Assembly (NCBI RefSeq): GCF_964194155.1
Contig: NC_135881.1
Coordinates: forward strand, 123,132,001-123,196,000
Reading direction: 5' to 3'
DNA: 64,000 nt
DNA from: Cetorhinus maximus
Lineage: Eukaryota
Made by a program: the position numbers and the translations under genes. This document shows positions 26,701 through 38,700 of the stretch, one piece after another; positions within the stretch are counted from its first letter, which is position 1; each line of letters begins with the position of its first letter. The notes beneath the pieces are model-generated. The model searched no databases, had not been told where the DNA came from, and saw nothing but the letters and a program-made list of their open reading frames with translations.

Positions 26701-29700
26701 TCTAAAATACCTTTTAACCTATTTTCTCAGTCCATTTTAGCCAACTCTGTCTTTATGCACTTGGAAATCACCTTTATTTAAGTTTAAGGCCTTGGTTCAG
26801 GCTCAAATTTCTCACCCTCAAACAGAATGTGAAATTCTATCATGTTATGATCATTCTTGATCAGAGGATTCTTCACTATAAGGTTACTTAATAACCCTGT
26901 CTCATTACACATTGCCAAGTCTAAAATAGCTTGCTCCCTGGCTGGTTCCAGGTCATATTGTTCGAAGGAACTTTCCTAAATACACTCTATGCACTCATCT
27001 TCCATCCTACCTTTGGCAATTTGATTCCTCCAATCTATATGAAAATTAAAATTGCCCACAATTGTTGCAGCACCTTTCTTATTAGCCCCCATTATTTATT
27101 GTTTTACATGCTGTCCTACATTGTTTCTGCAGTATTAAGTTTCTTACTTAATCAGAAAAGCACAATATTTAATTATTTTCCTTTGTGGACAGGTTGAATG
27201 TGGTATCCTAACGCATATAATGTGCCACATGCCACATCCAAGTTTTTAATCATATACACTGCTGCATACTAGTATGTATATCATACCCAAGCACAGATTT
27301 ATGTGCATTATGGAAAAATAGATACTGCTGTCAATAACTGTGCAGGAAGAAGAGATATAGACACCAGTAGAACATTAAAGTAGCAAGGCGTCAAGTGTGG
27401 TCGGGGGCGGAGAAGGCAGGTGAGAAGGAGAGAACATTGGCAAAAGAATGGCAAAGCTTGAGAGCATGGTTTCATAACTGCAATTTCCCACATTCTGACT
27501 TTTGCCGGCTGGAGCTGGCGAGTATGGACCAGTCATTTATATGCGTAGGTCGAGGAAATAATAGACTAGTTCAAACTATCAGATCAGGTGGCTTTTGCAT
27601 ATCACACTGCAACCTGTTGGAAAGTGGCAGGAAAAGGAGGACAAAAACAGAACAGAAAATATTTTCTTTTTTTAAAAAAAAGCACTAATTGCTTAATAAA
27701 CAGATGGTGAATTCATTATAAACTCACCTATTCTTGCAGATATAACACCAGAGAAAAGTAAACTAATGGAGACATAGGAGTCTGGATAATTCCCAGCCGG
27801 GAGACTGTCATACAGCAAGGTGTTATTTGTCCAGTGAATAGAAGAACGGTCTGACAGCAAAGGCTGATTCATATTTGAGCTAGGCAGGTAGGAATGCAAT
27901 TGATTCATCTCTGTGTCTGGAACAGTCTGGTTCATTAGTGAAACATTAGTATGTGGAGACATTGGGTTGCTGCTCAAATCAAAGGGACTGCCAGGTGCAA
28001 AAACTGAAAACACACAAAGTAACAAGCAACCTAAGTGCAGACAACTGGATATGATTCCCGTAGATACCAGGCCATAATATTTCCGTAACATAGTGAACAA
28101 AACTGTGCCCATTAGTCCAGTGATGGTAGAAATGCCCATGAGGAGGCTAAGTAGTGAGCCACTAATGCCTTGTGTGAAAGCATAACCTGTGGTGATACAG
28201 TCAAATGCCAAAACTGTGGTGTACAGAAACGCTAAACTCATTCCAGCGAGGAAGACTGATTGCTGGTAGTATACATTCCAACCGGTTTTGCTGATGTACA
28301 GCATCCTCTGTATCCATTGTTGCACAGTATAAATCCCCAGAAAGTTTTGCTGAACTGGTAACCTGGCATTCTTGTCCAAATCTGTCGTGGAGTTTGGGGT
28401 TGTTTCTGATCTGCTGTTACATCCATGCATGGGGTATTGCTGCTGAGCATCTATTAACAACATAATATTAAACAAGCTAACATACAGTTATGACAAACTT
28501 TCCATTGCTTTCAAGCTATCTTTCTCTACAATATATATTAACAATTGGGACAGAAATATTCTTAATACAATTAAACAGCAATCTCATGAGATTTGTTTTG
28601 AACAATTGTCAGGACGATATAATTCTCATAATGTTATTGGAATTTATTGTAAAGTAGAGTAATAGTAGGGCCTGTGTCTATGGGTCCATGTCTGTGTGTG
28701 GGTGTGTGAGACTTAATTGAATTAAAGGCAGCTGGTCTGAAGGCTTTGATGTATTAGAAGATAAGCTAGGTTTGAAATGTAGAGTAGGTAAACATAAGGG
28801 TAAGGGAACATTTGCATTTTAAAATAAACCAGACCAGATTGATTTCAAAGGAGGGGTGAAATGTGTCACCTAGCCAGGAGAAGTAAGAAACAGTGTGTTT
28901 ATTTTTCTCAAAGATTACTGGTAAAATTGGTACTATGAGAGATTTTTATTATCAGAGAGGTGAAGTCCAAAGACATAGTAAAACAATGGGAATTGCATTC
29001 AATGGGGAAAATATGTATAAAGGAGCAAAGGTTGTGTGGAAGGGAAGGTATTCTAAGATCTAACAAGTGTGAAATGCCTTCAGCATCTAAGCTTCAAGCT
29101 ACTGTCTGCAAAGAACTGAAGTTAAGAAAACTCACTTTGAATTGGATTGTTTAGGGTATCATGTTTCTTCGCCTGGGTCTTTTAAAATCTATGGGCAGAA
29201 ATTTGCAGTGAGCGGGCGGGTGCGCGCCTGACCCACTCGAGCGTAAAATGACGCACGATGATGTTGGACAAGCGTTCCGACATCATCGCACACTCACGCG
29301 ATATTTTGGTTGATGGGTGCACGCGTGAGTCAGCTGCGCGCCTGCCGACAATTAACAGGCCATTAAAGTTATAATTGAATGAAATTTTTTGCTGCCTGTC
29401 CAACCTAATGGTTGGCGGGTAGGTGAAAAGGCCAAGTGGCCTTTGGATTTTTTAGGAAACCACATCTTCCGGGGGGGGGGGGGGTGAGGTTTCCAACAGC
29501 AAATAAAAATTAAATAAAAATGTTTAAATTTTATTTATAACACGTCCCTGCTCATGTGACAAAGTCACATGAGGGGACATGTTTTTAACATTGCTAAGTT
29601 TTTTATTTCTGATTTTTTAAAATCCAGCTTCCTGAGGCAGCTCTGTGCCTCAGGAAGCTTTCACTGTACGCACTCACAAACTTATGCGCTCACTCTCCTC

Positions 29701-32700
29701 CCACCCCTACCCCTCAACACTGAGTGCTACAGCGCACATTTCATGCTGGCTGGCCGTTAATTGGCCAGCCAGGGTGAAACCAATGTCGGGGCCCGATCGT
29801 GGGCAGCAGTCGGTCTCGCAGCCGCTCCCGGCCAACCCAACGAGGGGAAAATCCTGCCCTACGTGTCTTATCGTTGCCTTAACGAAAGTGTAACTGGGAG
29901 TTAGATTAGTTAGGGGATTTAGAAGTTATCATTGTAGTAATTTGTAGATCTATGTGTGTACTCAAAATGATTTCTATTAATAAAGATTTAATTTAGTTTT
30001 GTAAAAAACCTATAAGACTCGGTGGTCTTATTACTACTGAATTCAATGCACACATCTCAATATTTATACAAATTGCAAAACAGATGTGGCATTTGTTTCA
30101 AGTTTCCCTCTGGGATTTGAGCAGCTCAGATTTACTATTGGCTGTGCCATAACAAGGATGGGGGCTCATCCGGGATATATTTAAGATTCCTTGATTGGTT
30201 TGGAGTTGGTGAATCTTAAGGTTATGAGTACAAGAAGCACTTTGAATTCAGGAGTTGGTGTGAGGTTTTTTTTTAAGTGCTGAGACTGCAATATGGCTTT
30301 GGCAGTTGCTAAGACTTGTCTAGAGTTGAAGTTATAACTTTGGCTGGTTACAAACAGTAAATGAAGTTAAGTTAATGGAATTGGCGGATCAGTTACAATT
30401 GGGATTACCTGTAGGGGCCAGGAAAGCATTGAAGGTACAGCATAGCATTTAAAGTTGGAAGTGACATCTGACACTAGTGAGTCACAGCTGGAGGTAGTGA
30501 GTCTTCAGTTAGAAATGAAGATGATTCAACTTGAACAAGCAAAGGAAATGAAAAAACTTGAGCTAGAGGCAGCAGAAAAGGAAAGGGCAGAAAAAGAAAA
30601 AGAAAGAGCATTTCAAAGGGAGCAAGCAGAAAGGCAGGAGAAAGAAAGGAAGTTGGAACTGGAATTCCAGTCAAGAAAGAAGGATAAAGAAAGAGAGGCA
30701 AGGGAAAGAGAGAAGGAAAGAGCAAGAATAAACCAGCTTAAAAGGCTGAAAGTTAAAAAACAGTTCTCAGGTTCTGAAGAAAGTTCTGATGATGAAAAAA
30801 CCTTTAATCTAAACCCAGTGGGGAGATATTTAAATTTGTACATGCTCTTCCAAAGTTTGAGGAAAGGGATGTGGAAGCGTTCTTCCTTTCATTTGAGAAG
30901 ATAGCTAAACAAATGAAATGGCCGCAGGAAAACTGGACATTGTTGTTACAATCCAGGTTGGAGTGTAGAGCACATGAGGTTTATGCTTCACTGTCAGAAG
31001 AAATGTTGGTGAACTATGATGTGGTAAAAAAGGCTATTTTGAATGCATACAAGTTGGTTCCTGAGACATGCAGTTAGAAATTTAGGAGTATGAGAAAACA
31101 GCCTGGGCAAACTTATATTGAGTTTGAGAGAATAAAACAAAGTAATTTTGACCGGTGGATACAGGCATTAAAGATAGAGACAATAAATGCAACACTTAGA
31201 GGGGTTATTCTTTTGAAAGAATTTAAAGATTCAGTCCCTTCGATAGTGAAAACTCGTGTGGAAGAACAGAGGGTTGATTCTGTAGGACAAGCAGCAGAGA
31301 TAGCTGATGATTATGAGTTGGTTCATAGAGCTAAACCTTTTTTCCGTCAGCCTTTCAGATTAGAAAAGGATAAAAAGTGCGAAGGCGAAAGGAAGGCAGG
31401 TAGTCAGGGAAGAGGAGGTGTAGCTGGAAGTTCCCAGGAAGTTTTTTCTCAGAAATTGAAGTGTTTTCATTGTAATAAAGTTGGACATGTGAAATCAGTG
31501 TGCTGGAAATTGCAGGGAAAATCTGTTGGAATTATAGGGTTACAGAAAAGTACTTGAAATAAAATTACTGTGGGTTCTGAGGTTCAGGCATAGGAAAAAC
31601 CAGTGGCTTGTGTGCAGGTAAACAGAAAAAAATCAGTGGAAGGTAAAGAACTGGGAATGTGTTCACAATTTACCCAAGAGAATTCAGAGGAGCAGGTTGC
31701 AGAAATGTTTGAAGATTTTGTGTGTGAAGGATAAGTCTTTCCATGTGTACAGGGTGGAGTAGGTAAAGGTGTTAAAATTATAAGAGACACAGGGGCTAGT
31801 CAATTCTTAATGTTGTGGGATAGTGACATTTGTTGTTCAGAGGGAGTACTGCAGGAACAGGTGGTAATAAGTGGGGTTCATGGAAATGCTAAAGATATTC
31901 CATTATGGAAGGTACGTTTAAAGAGTAAGTGGAAAACAGGTGAGGTGATTGTTGGAGTAGTGGAAAAATTACCCATTGAAGGGGTTCAATTTATTCTGGG
32001 TAATGAAATAGTTGAATCACAGATGTGGGCAATACCTATGGTAGTTGAGCAGCCTGTAGAAGTGTTCTCAACAGAAGTGTTGCAGAGAGAGCATCCTGGA
32101 TTGTTTCCAGATTATGTGATAACAAGATCACAGGCTCATAGGTTGAAACAAGAACAGGAAGCTCAAAGACAGAGAGAAAGTGTGGAAGACCAATTAGCTG
32201 ACACTATGTTTGATATGCTTTTTCAGGAGGAAAGACCAGAGGACAATTCAGCTGAAGTGTTTAACTCAAAGCAATTAGTGGAGTTACAGAAAAGACCTAT
32301 AGCAAACTGATAGGCAAGTGAATTTAGAGTGACCTAAAATGCATTGAATATTAATCTTTGTTTTACAGTAAGTACTCCTCCAATTGCTCAGTTCAGATGT
32401 ATTGTGCCTGGAGTGAAACCAAACAGACCAAGAAAGTTCCAGGTTCAATATGCATTCAATCCCCTCAATGTCTCTGGGCTAAGGAGAGACAATGTCCTGA
32501 TGAGGAATTCCAACCTTGTGGCGCCCATTCTGTACCCCAAACATGTAAGAAATGCACTGCAATTTCTACCACATTGTATGTCCACAACAAGCCATAACAG
32601 ATCACTCAGTGAAAAAAAGTGGTTCCGATTGACCAATTGATCAAGAAATAATAAACTTATTTTTCTTTATGGTGCTTTTCACATCTTCAAGATACCCCAA

Positions 32701-35700
32701 AGCACATCACTCTTTGAATTACTTCTGAAGTGCAGTCACCTGTTGTTTTGTAGCAGCCAATTTGCACACAGCAAGGTCACATAAATAGCAAATGAGATAA
32801 GTGACCTTTTTACCTTTTCTGCTTGTAGTCGCTCTTGTTCTTTCAAAGTAGTTAAGCTGGTCTTCATACCAGCCTGGTCCAGCCTTAAATGCAAGTGCAG
32901 GGACCATTCTATAAACTCTTGACAGACAAATAAATTCAACCAGCAGTGAAACTAAGGTCCAGCCAAGAATGAAGACACAGCCAATTACATTCGATGCTGA
33001 ATACATGATCTGGCCCACAGTCATTGCAGCCAGAACATTGACAACTTGGTCTATTCTTCTCATAACAGCATTCACATCTGTAATTAAGATATTAAATTAG
33101 TGTCGGATAATAATATTAGCCTTATGTTTAGGTTACATCAGGTTGTCAAACTAAATGAACGGCTTACACTCTGTGCATGGTGATAGGAAATCCTCATAGG
33201 ATCTATTTCTTAGAGGTTCATAACAGGTTTTTCTGCAATCAAATTCTTATTTCATAATTCATGATCCTTCAGTACTATTAAAACATTTCAAGTTCTAATC
33301 AAAAATACCAAATAAAGCTTGGAGTTAATATCCAGCAACATAATGGTCTGGATTTTGCTCTCTGTGGCTTTCACCATTCATCATGTACAATTAACTTGTG
33401 ACAGACCTGTCAGTGAACAATTTCCACTAATCTGGCAACTGTTTCAGTAGGGGATCTATGAACCAGGCAAGCAACAGCAAGGCTTCATATCCAATCATAT
33501 TGAAGTACCTATCCTGAGCAAAATAGACTGCAATCCAGGAAGTAAAAGGAGGAAATATAAATCATATTTAAATTGTGTACAAAGAAAAAATACATAAAAA
33601 TTAGGAAATACAAATGGAATTAAGGGGAGAGAGAAAAGAGGGAAAAACATAAAAAGTAAAAAGGAAACCTGCAACATTACTTTTGGGGAAATGGGACTCC
33701 ACACTTGTAACATTAACATTTCAGGGCCAGAGAGGTTTTCAGCACTAATTATCAATTATCATGTCATAAAAACCCACTTACCCCTAAATGCACTAGTCCT
33801 AATGTTTTCAGCCATCTTTAATGTGGAACTAGTGGGTACATAATTTAAGTTTATACATTACAATATGAAGCCAATTGGTGAGGACAACAGCAGTGCGTCC
33901 TATGGAGGAGCAGGGCATAAATTTTCCTCTTTAGCTCTGAAGAAGAGCTAACATTAACTCTGTTTCTCTTTCCCAGATGCTGCCTGACCTGCTTAGTTTT
34001 ACCAGCATTTTCCATTTTTATTTCATAAATTTTCTGATTTTAACTGTGGATCTGCAGAAACCAGATATTGCTGTCAGATTCACCCTGTAATAATGGTGAG
34101 TGTTGATAGCTTCATTGTTATCATCACAACAATGTCAGGGCCAATATTTTAATAGCTAGTCCCAAGCAGTGTTTATCACACCAAGGAAAAATAAATTCAA
34201 GAGAAATAAATGATTTAGGCGAAAGTTTTTTTCGGAGGGTCAAGGACATGTATTTGCAAGTAGGTAGGGAGATGCTGATGGTGACTGATACAAAGAAGTG
34301 ATCAGATAAGCTTTTGTCTGTAATCAAGGCAATGGAAATTTTGAAGCCACATGAGGTGATCGCGGATTGATGGGGTGGATGCCTGCGTACATGGGTAGGA
34401 GAGTTTATATGGAGGTTGAGATGAGGAGAGGACGGGAGTGCACTGAAATCAGAGGACGGGGGAAAGTTGAATTGAAGGGGGGAGTTTGAAATCATTGAGA
34501 TGAGGAGTTGCTCAACACACAGGCTAAAGAGGAGTAAGGATAATTCTAAGAATCCCAGGAAAGGATTTCAGGGCAAGGCACAGGAGAGAACAAGGACTAT
34601 GATGAAGAAGAAGCAAAAATGAATAGAACATGAAGATTTGCTTGCCCAAGGACAAGGTGCCATAGGAGTTGGTGGGCGAGGGGGAGAACAGACCAAGGTG
34701 TGTTTTGCAGGGCAAGTGTGAAAGTATAACCAGTCCAGGAGGACTTAGTAAGAAGTCTAATACTAGCCATGTGCCAAGTTTTTGTCAAAGCCAGAATATC
34801 AATGTAATTATCCACAATATGGATGTCAAGGTCCTGTTCCTGATCTAACAGGCATCCTGGAGGCAAATGCAGAGAGCGGTTTATTAGTCTGTGGCACAGT
34901 TAAAGAGGAAAGCAGCAAATGGGAGGATTGGGAAGTGAAGGGGATTATCCCATAGCACTTGAGCTGGGCAGGAAGATCAGTAAGACAGAAAGATGGAACA
35001 ATTGGAGTTACTGTGCCCAAGATGATAGCATCAGCTGCCTTGATATGCTGATTAACAAATGCTGAGAGATGCACAGGGCTGCCAGCTTATTCAAGGGGCT
35101 GCAACCCATTAACATTAAGATGTAGTGTTTAATGTCATTCAATATCTTTCATTCACAAAGATTACAGAATCATGAGAACATGATTTTCCATGAACAAAAT
35201 CCAGAGGCATTATGTCAATGTTGAAAATTTAGTTAAGATTAATTTGTAACAAAATACTCTTTATTTCCCATCACTTTTATAACACATAGCCTATTTCAGG
35301 AACAACCATCTTGTTAAAAATTAATTCATTAATAGCAGCTCCTTCATCCAAAATGGTCCTTATTATGTACATAACATTAACATAATTAGTCAGTTGGACC
35401 ATTTACCTATGAATGTGGGAAAGGGTCATAATTATCACCAACTATGTATTTTGCATAACCAAATTTCAGATGAAGAAAATTAGGATTTATCTCAGGAGAC
35501 AAACCACAATTATCCACCCACAATAGTATCAACTGCAATTTGATAAATGGGTGCAGCAAATTTTTCCCCTTAGGAGATTTTAAAGAAAGCTTTAGTCAGA
35601 ACTGAAACTTAAAGGTAGAAAATTATAGATTTTACAATCACTGCGTATGTATGGCCTAAGTATAGTGAATGCACAATGTTCCATAAACCAAAATATTTTT

Positions 35701-38700
35701 GTTCTGCAAATCTAGTTAGATGAGCATGATATAAATGCATAGACATAAACAGTGAACTTGAAGCATGGACCTAAACTGGACCAAGTGGAGTCTCTTCAGA
35801 ATAGCTTGCAAGTATCCAAATTTCTGTCCTTTCAAACAATTAGCTCATTCTGCAGAGGAAACATCATTTCGATATCCTACACAAAAAAGTTTGTCTCTTC
35901 CATACATCTACCAAAGAAAATTGATGAAACAAAGCTACATTTTTTCATTAGTGCTACTGTAGCTCAAGCCACAGTAACATCATTTTAATTCTAAATTTAA
36001 CGTTTGACCGAGGGCAATTTAATGTAGAAAGGATGGAGGCCTCATTGTGTAAGTTGCACCATACTTTTTCCTGCAGTTTAATGGGTAAGCCTTCAAATAG
36101 TCTTAAACTTCCATACCATTTCCACGCTCACCTTAGTCCACCCGCTATTAGAACCCTTATATGAACAGGAATAGGCTATTCAGCCCCTTGAACCTGTTTC
36201 ATCAATCAATTAAATCATGCTAAACTAGCTAAACCTCAATTTAGTCACTTTTGACCCATAAAATTGATTGTTTCAGTCATGAAAGCTTCAGTTGACCACA
36301 TCCACAGCCTTTTAGGGAGATAGTTCCAGATTGATATTACTCTTTCGCTGAAGAGCTGCTTCCAGATTTCAGCATGTGGGGCAATCTCTTGGAGGTGGGA
36401 TTTGACAAGGGATGAAAAGTGTGAACTCCTTGAAAAGAGCCCCAATGTTCTGTGTCCCTTCTCTTCACTCTCATGGTAATTTTTCCTGATTTGATGTCTC
36501 AGAATTATGTTTTCAGTCCTTGTCTTTGAATCCCTCTATGGCCTTGACCCTTCCTATCTCTAAACTCCTACAGTTCAATTATTCATCATGTGCACCTCCA
36601 CCAATGCCCCCACACCATCCCTTTCCCCACCCCCACCCAAACCCCTTCACACTATCACTGGAAGCTGTACACTTCCATTTTCAGGATGACCTATCCTAAA
36701 CCTTTCCAACTCCCTCTCCTCAGGCTGTAAATAGAAGCAATAGATTACAACGTTACTCCCAAGTTAGTTGATAGCTACTTGAACTTGCTTTTCACCATTT
36801 ACTAACACCTTTGTTTGAAGAACAAAATTTGCTCTCATGTTAATCATTTGTCAATCCAAATGAATTCAAGGGTCACATGAAGAGTTTTTTTCTACATCGT
36901 AATATACAAACAAGGTTTACACACATGGTTCTTTGTAGATGTCTTACCTGCAAGTCCATCCCTGTTGCATCCTGTGATTACAATAATCCAGTCCCTCTGA
37001 ATGGCAATTGTCAAAGCTGTGCTTGCAAGGTTTGCTGCATCTGCTAGACTGATGACCACCATGTAACAGACCACCTTGTGTGAGTTACATTAAACAAACG
37101 GACAATAGATAACAAAAAAGCTACTCATCTAGTTACACATGCAATAACTAAAACATCTTTATGGGATTTAATTCTTAGCTTTTACTTTAAAAAAAATTGT
37201 AACTTATCTAATCTTTTGAGTTCTTCAACATAATTACCAATTTAAAATAGACATTGTGAAATTTGAACATTCATACTGTTATGAAGCTATTAATCTATAT
37301 AATATCTTGGAAAATATTTTTCTTTTAAAATTGAGGTTCGGTCTGTGGGTACGTCTTAATGTGATTAAAGCCAGCTAGTCTGGGTGCTTTGATGTGTACT
37401 AGTTTGAGATGTAAACAGAGAGATAGCGTTCATTTGCATTTTTTTGAATAGAGCATTCAAGAAGCGGGGTGAAAACTGACGCCTTTCTAACAGCTATCAA
37501 GCAATATGTTTATATTACTAATAAAATTGGTATTATGAAAGGGGTTTCATTGTTAAAAGGTAAAGTTCAAAGAGGTTGTTGATACAATGAGAATTTACAT
37601 TCAATGGGGCTGGTAGGTATAACTTCAGTAGTTTTTCAGGTGTGCAGGCAAAGGCAATGTAAGATCCAAAGGCAGCTGCAAGCCTCCCACTGGCTCCACA
37701 GTGGAAAGAACCTCATTTTGAATTCGTAAGGTGAAAATGCTTTGCCTGGTTAAGTCTATGGGTTGTTGCCTTAATGGAGATTAGTTTGGGAATTTGTTAA
37801 AAGTTATGATAGTAGTGATTTGTAGCCATGTGTACATATATTTTAACCTGTGTAAATTAATAAAATGTTTCAATTAGTTAATGTAAAGCCTCGAGAACTA
37901 GTGGTCTGATTCATGAGTTTAGAGTCGCATCTCAAACGTAACACTTAAAATTATAGGTTATGACAGTTGTTTAAAGTTTCCCTCTGGGATTTTTAAATAA
38001 CTCCACTTTACCATCTGCATCGATCATAACAATATGTAGTTTGCAAATTTATTACTGAGCTTCTCTATCAACATCAAACCAATGTGCTCGACCGTAATCG
38101 GTGTTCAGTTTTTTACTGTTTGGTTGCTAAATCCAGTCATAAAATCTGACGACAAAATGTATTTTCAATCATCTGCTCAGCCAGTGAAAAGTCCTTCTAG
38201 TTAAATGGATCTGTTCCAAAATATTACTGCTGTTAGCTGCCAATTAATTAATATAAATAACCCTCAGCTGGTCTGCCAACTCTCACTTACACACTTCTAC
38301 GCTATTTTAAAAAACGATTATGGATAGAATGCTATCATAACAGACCTACATGCAGCGGGAAGGTCAGGAGCGGGTCGGGAGTCAATTTGTTCTGCCATGG
38401 CTTTAACCCAGCTACGACATTAGCACTGTGGTTCCGTCATTCCTGACCAATCAGAGAGGCTGGGTGGGATGATGGCCTATACTCTGTATGATGGCTCTCC
38501 AAAGAGACTCAAATAGGGGTCAGAATGACTGCAGGAAGCGTTGCTTGTAAAGGCTACTAGAGGCAAGGACATTGAAGGAAGATGTGGGAAAGTTTCCCCC
38601 ATTCTCTGACTCTTTCTTGGAGGTTATGCTAGAGATGGTGAGAGCCAGAAGGACGTGTTCTTTCCTCTGGATGGAAGGAAGAATCAAGCCATCCAAACGC

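Noticed and set aside
30455-30904. E/K/R-rich coiled-coil ORF as a host or domesticated gene
   Set aside because: It is the frameshifted N-terminal part of Gypsy Gag after the PBS
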